This document shows positions 39,473-48,347 of a DNA stretch of 64,000 bases, one piece after another. This DNA is from an uncultured delta proteobacterium (GTDB taxonomy: Bacteria > Myxococcota > Myxococcia > Myxococcales > Myxococcaceae): assembly GCA_963771175.1 (NCBI GenBank), contig CAVYSY010000040.1:352001-416000 (forward strand). Direction: 5' to 3'. Position numbers and translations under genes: made by a program. Under the pieces are notes generated by a model. The model saw only the letters and a list, made by a program, of their open reading frames with translations, was not told the DNA's origin and made no database searches. Position 1 is the first letter of the stretch, and each line of letters starts with the position of its first letter.

Positions 39473-40236
39473 GCAGACTGGAATGGGCCGTGATCGTGCA
39501 GGGGGAGCCGGGAGAGATCGCGCGGCGGGTACGCACGCACTTCGAGGCGCTCGACGTCGAGCCCGCGTTCGCCGTGGCACCGGGGACGACCGGCTGGCAC
39601 CTCGTGTACGGCACGGGGCATGGCCATTTCGGCCGCGAGGGCGCCCTGGCGGACGAGCTCGCCGAGACGGGCAGCGAGGTGGTGTATGCGCTCGCCCTCG
39701 GCGACGACGAGCCGTATGCGCTGGCGATCCGGAGCGGCGGGTCGACGGAGGTGGTGGGCCTGGCGCCCGACGAGTTGGCGCGGAGCCTGGGATGCCCGCT
39801 CCCCGATGCTGGCGGACAGCCGGCGGCGGCCACGCCGCGCCCGGAGCTGCATGCGGTTGCGCTGCTGGAGGGCCTCGGAGCAGACGAGGCACGAGCGGCG
39901 TATCGGTCCGCCCACGGGCAGCCGCCGCCGCCTGACCTCCAGTTCGACGCGACGCCTGGCGGTGTGGTCCTCCACGGTCCCGCCTGCGACAAAGGTTTCG
40001 CCGACCTGTCGATGTCCGAGGTCTTGCCGGAGGTGACGGTCTACCGCGTGACGACGTCGGCGCGGCTCGAGCCGTTCATGGTGCAGATCGTCCGCGGCGG
40101 CGAGCCCGTGGGGCATTTCGACCTGCCGCCGTGGCACGATCCCTTCTCGCCCGCCGTGGAGGAGGTGAAGGGCTCGCGCGAGCCCGCGGCCATCCTCGCC
40201 GCGCTCGGCATTCCACCGGCGCGCTTCGGCGCCTGA
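39469..40236 (+). CDS. Candidate immunity protein
   Basis: ATGA overlap with the toxin stop; 255 aa, no signal peptide. Confidence 0.6.
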   Translation: MSRLEWAVIVQGEPGEIARRVRTHFEALDVEPAFAVAPGTTGWHLVYGTGHGHFGREGALADELAETGSEVVYALALGDDEPYALAIRSGGSTEVVGLAPDELARSLGCPLPDAGGQPAAATPRPELHAVALLEGLGADEARAAYRSAHGQPPPPDLQFDATPGGVVLHGPACDKGFADLSMSEVLPEVTVYRVTTSARLEPFMVQIVRGGEPVGHFDLPPWHDPFSPAVEEVKGSREPAAILAALGIPPARFGA

Positions 40237-40237
40237 C

Positions 40238-40996
40238 TCACGACTTGCCGCGGCCCTTGGGTTTGGGCGGAGGCACCGGCTTGTCCTGAGTGGACGGCGT
40301 GTCCGGGACGAGCGCCCCGGTCGAGGCGAGCCGGGTGGTGGGCGGGACGAACTCCACGTGAAGCATGTAGCGCTTCAGGTTTTCGCCAGAAGCGGTGACG
40401 TCCGCGATGATGCTGTCCGTCGAGCTGCGCAAGGAGACCTGGGCTTGCCCTCGCTTCAGTTGTACCCGCCGGTCGGAGAGCGTCCCGCGCGTGGTGTGCA
40501 GGAGCACCAGGTCATTATCGCTCTCCTCGGTCATTGGCTTGCCGTCCGCGCTCTTCTTGGAGATGAAGAGCGTCGTCGTGGAACGGCCATCCGCCGCAAT
40601 CGCATGGGTGTCGTTGTGGTGGCTGATGTTGGGTGCATCCGCGGTGAGCTCGAGCCGAGCTGGCCGGTGGGCGCGTGGCGTGAGCTGCACTCCGCCGATG
40701 GATGCTCGCTGCTTGGGCTGTTTGGCGCCGGGGGTGAACAGGTCCATCGTCCAGCCCAGATCCGTGCGATAGATGGACGAATCCAACGAGGACAGCGGGA
40801 CCTCGACGATGTGGCCGCCCTCGCCGGCCTTCCGAACCGTCCCCGCGGACGCCGTCTGGATGCTCACGATGACCTGGTAATGAGGATCGGTCATGTAGCG
40901 GTCCAGCTCTTGCGTCTTGGGGATGATGGACGAATTGCTGGTGACGTAGACGACTTGCTTGGATTTCTTCTCGATGACGAGTGCGATGTTTTCCAT
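40238..40996 (-). CDS. eCIS-distal protein with bacterial Ig-like (Big_1/invasin-type) domain
   Basis: IAADGRSTTTLFI...ADGKPM...TTRGTLS...GQAQVSLRS...ADVTAS pattern; last gene of the operon. Confidence 0.55.
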   Translation of the reverse strand: MENIALVIEKKSKQVVYVTSNSSIIPKTQELDRYMTDPHYQVIVSIQTASAGTVRKAGEGGHIVEVPLSSLDSSIYRTDLGWTMDLFTPGAKQPKQRASIGGVQLTPRAHRPARLELTADAPNISHHNDTHAIAADGRSTTTLFISKKSADGKPMTEESDNDLVLLHTTRGTLSDRRVQLKRGQAQVSLRSSTDSIIADVTASGENLKRYMLHVEFVPPTTRLASTGALVPDTPSTQDKPVPPPKPKGRGKS

Positions 40997-41002
40997 GGCG
41001 GT

Positions 41003-43261
41003 CTAGGTGTTCGAGGCCTTGAAGGCCCACCAGCGGATGCGGTCGAAGAACTCCATCGTCCCGGTGTTCGTGAACAGCTTGAAGGTGCCGTCGTAGGGCT
41101 TCGTGACTTCGGCGACGACCTGGAAGGAGGTGCCGTCGATGCCGGTTTCGCGGAAGGCGTAATACCGGTCTACCTTCCGCTCGTAATTGGGCGCGCCCGG
41201 ATTCTCTCCGAAGTCCTCGAGGCCGATGGTGATGGCCACCGGGACGGGCCCCAACCCGTGGGTGATGTAGGCCGTGGCACGCGCCTCTCCGATCTTGCTC
41301 ACGCCAGGAACGTTCGCCAGGGTGAATCCGCTCTTCTCCACCAGGCCCGTCACGGGGCCTTTCGAGATCACGTACTTGGCGACCGCCTGGCTCGTCGGGA
41401 TGACCTGCGTCGCGTTGGGGTCGAGCGCCCCGTTGGAGAACTGGGTGATGGCGAGTGAGCCGCCGGTGCCCACCTTGAGGGTCCCGGTAATCTCCGCGTC
41501 GGTCGTGATCTTCAGCGGCGACGAGCCGTCATCGGTGATGCGGGCCTTGTCGAGGGTGTTGGTGCCGGTCCACTTGACCAGCGTGTTGGCGGCTCCGCTT
41601 CCGAACCCCCTGTCGGTGATGTACTTGGCGACCGCCTGGCTCGTGGGGACGACTTGCGAGCCAGTCGGGTCCAGGGCCGCGTTGGTGAGCCGGGTGATGG
41701 GCTGCGAGTCGACGGCGGTGCCCACCTTCAGGGTGCCCGTCAGGAGAGTGGAGCCGCTCACCTCCAGGTTGCGGCCGTCGAGCTTCACCTTGAGGCCGTC
41801 GTCAATGACGCCGGAGTCCTGCAGCATGGAGGGGTTGCTGGGTTGCCACCTGGGCAAGACGTTCGCGGTGCCCGAGCCCGTGAACGATGCCGCCCGCGCC
41901 GCTTCAAGAGGCTGCGGAGCGTGGGGAAGACGTCGCGCAGGTCGCGCAGATCGGTCATCAGGTTCGCCACCGTGCCGTTCGCCTGGAGCTTCACCAGCGC
42001 GAGCGGCGCGTAGAAGTGCTGCTCTCCGGCCGGGGATTGGGGCGTGCCCTCGACCCAGTCCTCCAGGCCCGAAACGGTGCGCGCGGGAATGAGCCAGTAA
42101 TCTCCGGTCCGGTACAGGGCCGTATTGCTGTTCGCGAATTGTACCGTGAGGTCGCGCTCGAGCAGGATGCGAGGACCGGGCTGGGTGTAGTTCGGGCCCA
42201 CGTTCACCAGCGTCACGCCGGGGAGGTCGGGGTTCCACAGGTTGTCCCAGCGGCGGACGGTGGGGATCGTCGCGTCCTTGCGCGAGCGGGTTCTTGGTCG
42301 GCTCGGTCTCGTTGAACGGCGCCGACTCGGGGAGCTCCAGGTGGAGGGTGGCTCCCACGACGCTGGTGACGCTGCCGAAGATCCCCGCCTTGCGCTGGAA
42401 GACGAACTCCTCGTTGCTCAGCTCCACCATGTGGCCGGGCAGGAAGCTGCTGAAGCTGTCCCGGACCGACTGGTCGAGGGTGACGCTGAACTGCCAGACC
42501 TTCGTGGACTTGCCGTTCCGGATGACCGTGGCCAGGCTCGGCTGCGAGTAGGCCGACACCCGGGCCACCACGGTCCCGTTGTCTCGTGACCACTTGAAGG
42601 AGGCGGTGCTGGCGTTGCCTCCGCGGTGGACCTCCACGCGGTAGAGCTGGTTCTCCAGCGGAGTGCTGCCGGCCTTCACGTTCATCGAGCCGGTGCTCTC
42701 GGTCCCTTGCGGCTGCCAGGCGGGGCCGTAGACGGCGGGGTCGAGGGTGTAGATGTCGAGGGACGTGGAGCCCACCCACTCCATCCGCGCTTGCCAGACG
42801 AGCTGGCCCCGCGTGCCCGAGTCGGCGCCCGCCAGCGCCACCTCGCGGATGTCGGGATCCTCGAGGAAGGTGATGTGGCGCCTCCAGACGTCGAGGTAGA
42901 GGAGGTACGCACCGGGGCCCTTGGCCGGGGGGAGGGAGGTGCCGGGCTGGTCGACGTAGGCGACCGTCTCCTCGTTCTCCACCAGGTGCCCGTCCACGTA
43001 GTAACGCCCGGTGTTGATGAAGAGCTTCTCGGCGCTCTGCCCATCGTAGTAGACGACGAAGGGGGGCTTCCCCGCGATGCTCAAGTCCTGCGGCGCGCCG
43101 GTGGGGCCGATGATGTCGAGCACCTGGAGGCGATTGCGGTAGGCGGCAATCATCACCTGCTCGTTCCAGTCCGCGTCGGTCTGGACGCGGCCCTGTTGCA
43201 TCAGTACGGAGTCGTAGTGCCTTCCGGGCCTGAATGTGAAACGTGTAAAATCACCCTTCAT
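41003..43261 (-). CDS. DUF6519 protein with tail-fibre-like C-terminus (two compensating frameshifts near 42285 and 41900)
   Basis: MKGDFTRFTF...VLMQQGRVQTDADWNEQ, GRYYVDG, ENQLYRVEVH, FKWSRDNG; YRTGDYWLIPART lies in the alternate frame. Confidence 0.8.
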   Translation of the reverse strand: MKGDFTRFTFRPGRHYDSVLMQQGRVQTDADWNEQVMIAAYRNRLQVLDIIGPTGAPQDLSIAGKPPFVVYYDGQSAEKLFINTGRYYVDGHLVENEETVAYVDQPGTSLPPAKGPGAYLLYLDVWRRHITFLEDPDIREVALAGADSGTRGQLVWQARMEWVGSTSLDIYTLDPAVYGPAWQPQGTESTGSMNVKAGSTPLENQLYRVEVHRGGNASTASFKWSRDNGTVVARVSAYSQPSLATVIRNGKSTKVWQFSVTLDQSVRDSFSSFLPGHMVELSNEEFVFQRKAGIFGSVTSVVGATLHLELPESAPFNETEPTKNPLAQGRDDPHRPPLGQPVEPRPPRRDAGERGPELHPARSSHPARARPHGTIREQQYGPVPDRRLLAHSRAHRFGPGGLGRGHAPIPGRRAALLRAARAGEAPGERHGGEPDDRSARPARRLPHAPQPLEAARAASFTGSGTANVLPRWQPSNPSMLQDSGVIDDGLKVKLDGRNLEVSGSTLLTGTLKVGTAVDSQPITRLTNAALDPTGSQVVPTSQAVAKYITDRGFGSGAANTLVKWTGTNTLDKARITDDGSSPLKITTDAEITGTLKVGTGGSLAITQFSNGALDPNATQVIPTSQAVAKYVISKGPVTGLVEKSGFTLANVPGVSKIGEARATAYITHGLGPVPVAITIGLEDFGENPGAPNYERKVDRYYAFRETGIDGTSFQVVAEVTKPYDGTFKLFTNTGTMEFFDRIRWWAFKASNT

Positions 43262-43270
43262 GGTGTCTCC

Positions 43271-45516
43271 TCAGGTCACGAAGATCAGCCCGGCCTCCAG
43301 GCCGAGGCGTAGGTATTCGGTGAGCGCCGCGCGGAGGTTCAGGATGCGCTGCGACTGCTCCAGGTGGTTGAAGGCTCCCATCTCGCCCTCGTCGCTCGCG
43401 CCGCGCAGGATCTCGTCCGGCATGTTGACGGCGAGCTGGCAGTAGCCCGGCTGGCCGTACTTCACGGACGTGAAGCGGGGATTCTGGCGGTAGAGGATGG
43501 CCTCCCGCTCCGTCGAGGTTGCCCCGTCCGGGAGCTGCGGTTGGCACTGGAACCGCGGCGGGAGCTCCGAGCTGAACGGCGCGTAGGAGAAGCGGGCGCA
43601 GCCGGGTTGGCGCCGTTCGCTCGTCACCGGCCCGGTGAAGAGCATGTCGCTGGCCAGCTCGAGCACGTCCACGCGCGTGCTGCCGAGGACCGTGCTCGTG
43701 CGCGCCCGGAGCACGCCGCCGTGGTCGATGGCGTGGCCAGCGCCCTGCTTCTGCTGATCGACGATGCTGTCCTCGAGCTCCAGTGTGCAGCCGGGGCCCA
43801 GCTTCTCCAGCGCCAGGGGGCCCACGATGCTGCGGCGCACCGCGCAGCTCACCGAGAGCGGCGGCTGTGAGCCTCCGGACTGGAGGATCTCCAGTCGCGA
43901 GCCGGCCGCCTGGGCCGACCCGGGCATCAGCGTGCAGTGGAGCAGCGAGACGGCCGTTGGCCCCTCGCGAGCCACCCGCACCACCACGCCGCCGCCGTGG
44001 ATCCACAGGCCATTCAGCGTCACGCTCGCGTGTCGGCCGAGGGTGATGATCAGATCGCCCCCGAGGCTGAGCACCGGGCGCTGCCGGTTGGCCGCGCGGA
44101 TCTCCAGGTGCTTGCCCTCCGGGACGTCGATCGTCAGCTCGCCGGTGGCGAGCCGGTAGACGAAGTTGTCGTGGAGCTCGACGACGGCTCCGGCCGTGTT
44201 GGGCTTCTCGGCCGCCCACGCCGCGAGCTGCTGTCGCAGGCCCGCTGTCTGGGCGTGCTCGTAGCGGACCGGGTAGCGGCTGAAGCCCTCGCGCTCGGGG
44301 AGCTCGGCGTGGCGGTCATAGGTCCCGCCGCCGAGATCGCTGCTGAAGCCGTAGTGGTAGCTGACCAGCACCTGCGTGCCTTGTTCCGGCTGGTTCCCTG
44401 GCGTGAACACCAGGCGTCCCAGCTCGGGGTCCACCACCGCGGTGATGTCCTTGTCGTCGAAGCCTCCCACCGCCCGGTAGTACCTGCGTTGGTGGGGATA
44501 GGGGCTCCACTTCGCGGCGTCGTCGCAGTCGCTCAAGTCCGCGATGAGGATCTGGGATGGGGGGATCTCCCGCGGCGGCTCCTTCACGCCCTTGCGCGTG
44601 TAGACGCGGAAGGGGGGTTGGTCTCCGAACCAGGCCGGGACGGGCTCGACGCCGTCCACCTCCGCCTGCCGGCGGGTCTCGAGCTCCAGGAAGAGGGCGC
44701 TGCGGCGGAGCTGACCCGGCAGGTGGTGCTCCTGCGTCAGGCTGGCCGCCTCCAGCTTCGTCTGCGGGAAGTTGAAGAGCGGGATGTCCTGCCCGAGCTG
44801 GTTGAAGTGGTACCAGGTGTCGGACGAGGGCCCGCTGCCGACGACGTTTACGTGCGCGGGGGCAAGGGTGACCGGCCAGGCCCGCAGGCGCCAGAGGAAC
44901 AGGCTCACGGTCTGGAGGTTGTAGCGGCCGCGGTCCCGCCGGGTGAGCACCATCACGGGCGCGTCCGGCGGCGGCTCGGCGCGGAGCTGACCGGGCGCCG
45001 GATCCCGGTTCAGCCCCCGCACGTCCAGCGTGTGGCTGGCGCGCTCGAAGGGGCCGTAGACGCGGTCCATCTCGTCCGTGTTGCGCAGCGCCGGCGTTCG
45101 CAGGGAGCCCAGGCGGGGATGCTTGACGTGCTGCGTGGTGGAGACCTGCTGGAACATCTCCAGCACGCTGGCGTACCAGCCGGTCACATCCTGGGCCACC
45201 TGCTCGAGCGCGGCCGGCGTACCCTTGCGCCGGCGCAGCGCGATCGCGTTGGCGACGTAGGCCCGCAACGTATACGCGCGGGGGTTCATCGCCCTCAGCC
45301 GGGCCATCCCCACCAGGTCGCCCACGTAGGGCACCAGCCACTCCTGGCACGTCTCGATGAACCAGTTGCGGTACAGGCTGCCGACGTCGTCGTGGAGCTG
45401 GCTGCCGACCTGCTCCACGACGGCCATCAGCGCCCGCAGGGCTCGCCCTGCTCGCGATCCCGGATCCGGACGTGCGCCGGCAACCACGAATACAGGAGAT
45501 CGGGATCCAGGCTCAT
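43271..45516 (-). CDS. eCIS baseplate protein (Afp12/tail protein I-like); 5' frameshift
   Basis: LYSWLPAHVRIRD; NWFIETCQEWLVPYVGDLVG; RRRKGT..ALEQ; VDPELGR; C-terminal GEMGAFN...LRLGLEAGLIFVT. Confidence 0.8.
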
Positions 45517-48346
45517 GGCTGCGAGTTCTCCGGGTTCTGGAGCGTGATGCCGTGGGGGGAGGGATCCAGCAACAGCAACTCGGCCGCGAGGAGGGCGTTC
45601 GGCGCGGCGGTGTCCCACCGCGCCGACTCGGCGGAGATCCACGCCTTCACCGTGGTCGGGATGTCGGGCTGGCTGGGAGCGCTCTCGGCCAGGCCGTTCA
45701 GATCCACGAAGTCGACGCCGGGGACGCCCTGGAGCAACGCGACCACCTCGGCCGCCGAGACGCCTTGCCCGAAGGCGCGCCGCTCGAAGGCGAAGGCCCG
45801 GGTGAGCGCGGCGCGGGCCGCCGCCACCACGTCCTCGAAGAGGTAGTCGGGGGCCGTGCGGAGGGTCGCGGCCACGCGGAACCAGAGGGGCCTGTAGCCG
45901 GCCAGCTCGACGGGCACGGTGGTGTCCCGGACGGCGTCCATCGCCGCCCGCAGGTTGTCGAGGAGGACCGCCTCCGCGGGGGCGGGGCTGCCGTCCGCCA
46001 GCGCCAGCGTGAGGTGGAGGCGCTGCGTCTCGCCGCGGCGCAGGAACGCGGCGCGGGCCTTGCCGATCCCAGCGAAGGACTGGGCGAAGGTCTCGTAGTC
46101 CGTCACCGAGACGATGCGGTCCAGCGTGAGCACCGAGGCCGGCACGTCACCGCGGGCCACCGCGCCCGTGTCCGGCGCCTCGGCCCCGGTGGCCGCCAGC
46201 GGATTGCTGACGGCGCGCAGCCCGAGCGGCCGGGTCTGGAACAGCATGATCTTCCCGGCGCCGACGGCGCCCTCCGGCCCGGTGCCGATCCGGTAGGTGG
46301 CGACGACGTTCTCCTGTCCGGTGGGCAGCCGCGCGCCGTGGACGCCGTCGCCGAAGATGACGGTGGTGCGCCCGTGCTCGTCGCGCTGGGCGAGGTAGAC
46401 CCGGCTGTTCGCACCCTGCTCGTGGAGGGACGACACCTCGTGCCACAGGACGCCGTCCACCCGGAGCTCCAGCGTGCTGCGCCGGCCGCTGGGGGTCGCG
46501 GCGGAGATCCACGTCACCGGCTCGCGCCGGAGGGTGAAGCGCTGGTTGGCCTGGCTGCCGTTGCCGCTGCCGAGCACCTCGCTGCACGGTCTCGCCGTGG
46601 GTGGCGACGGCGACGTTGCCGTGGATCGCGACGGTGGCCCGGTCGTACCAGTGCTTCAGCGGCGCCATGAAGCGGAGCGTTGTCTGGACCGGGGTGTGCG
46701 AGACGGTCTCGAGCGTCACCACCTCGGCGATGGCTGGATCCTTCGCCTGGGCCGGCTCGAGCGTGAGCGCCTTGGCCGGCAGCGTCACGGTGCCCTCGAA
46801 CCCGGCCGCATCCACGAGGCGCCACTGGTAGTGCGTCCCCGGCGGCTGCCCGCCTTGTGGTGGAACCTTGACCGGCCAGGTGGAGACGAAGACGGTGTCT
46901 CCGTTGGCGCAGCGCCTGGTCACGCCGCTGGGGGCGGTGAGGGTGATGCCGTTGTCGGCCCGTACCCGCGCCCGGAGCCGTTTCCCGGTGACGACGAGGG
47001 TCCGTCCCGCCTCCAGGCCGGGCACCACGCCGTCCACGGTGACCTTGTCCTCCTCGTCGAGCCCCGTCGAGTCCTTGGTGGGGCGGAGGTCGGGGAAGGG
47101 GGCGAGGATGTGGGTTCCCCAGGTCTCGTTGACGAGGGGGCGCTCGGCGGTTGGCACTGCGTCGCCCTGGCCCAGGACGACGACCGTGCGGCGCGCTCCC
47201 GCGAACGCGCTGATGTCCCGCGGTCCCGCTGCCGCTCGGGGTGGAGTCAAGCTCGGGCGAGGAGCAGCGCGCCGTCAGTGCGTAGTTCGTGTGGCTTCGC
47301 GCCTCCACCGATTGGACCCAGTACAGCTCGAGAGTGGAGCCCGCGACGAGCACCAGCCACGTCTTGGGCAACAGGCGCGGGTAGAGGTTGTCCAAGTAGA
47401 GGCGGCTGCTCTCGAGGGTGAGGTCGAAGGCCGGCCAGTTGGTCTTGTCGGCGCGGTTGTTGTCGGAGTCGTACTTCGCGTTGTACTGGGCCTGGACCGC
47501 GGCCGGCATCGTCAGCCAGTCCGGCGCGTTGTGGCCGAAGGCGGCCATGCGCTGGTTCATCAGGTAGATGGTGCCGCGCCCATGAGCCGGCTCCGGTTCG
47601 CCCGGGGCCCCCTGCTGCGGCACCAGGTGCACGCGGACGCGCCCCGCCGCCGTGTCCTGCTCGACCGAGGCCACGGTGCGCAACCTCCAGCGGTCGCTCT
47701 TCTCGTCCGTCTCCCGCGTGTGGCTGACGAGCAGCAGGAGGTCGCCCGGCACCAGGTTCCCCTGCGGCAACCGCAGCCACAACTCCTGAGCGTCCAGCGA
47801 GAAGCGTTGCGGCACCGAGGTGATGGGGCGGAGCTGGTTCCACTCTGGCCGCGCCACGAGCTGCTCCACCGTCTCGAAAGTCTGCGGCCGCTCGTCCTGG
47901 CCGGGGACGCTCAGCATCCGCACTCCGGGCTTGACCAGGACCTGCGCGGGCGCGCCCGCCGCCTCCTCCACGGTGAAGGCGAGCCAGGCGCTCGCGGCCA
48001 GACCGGGGCCCAGCTCGTAGCCGACGGCGCGCGCCAGCTCGAGCACGGACCGCGTCTCGGTGGCGGTGCGCAGGAAGCCCTCGTTGACGATGCGCTCCTG
48101 GTAGAAGGTCAGCACGTCCGCCACCACGGCGAAGGCGTCGAGCAGCGCCACGGTGGGGTCCCGAGGGCTGTGCGTGGCCAGGTTGGCCAGCGGGCGCGTG
48201 CTGGCGTAGGGGCCGTCCGGGAGGGTCTGCCAGGGCAGCCGCTCGAGCATCTCCCGCAGGAAGTCCGAGCGCGTGCCGAGCCGGTAGCTCAGCGCGGAGC
48301 GCTCGGGAGGGTTGGCCGGGGGTCCGGATGACGACGAGGTCGACAT
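45513..48346 (-). CDS. eCIS baseplate J-like assembly protein (Afp11-like, second copy); frameshifts near 47240 and 46585
   Basis: DVLTFYQERIVNEGFLRTA, FET, GNVAVATHGETV, LGSG, FGDGVHGARLPTG, DRIVSVTDYE. Confidence 0.85.
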
Positions 48347-48347
48347 G

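Noticed and set aside
35018..40236. Horizontal origin of the toxin pair based on an apparent CTC/GCG codon preference
   Set aside because: This is only a visual impression that needs computed codon statistics; I saw no flanking repeats or mobility genes.
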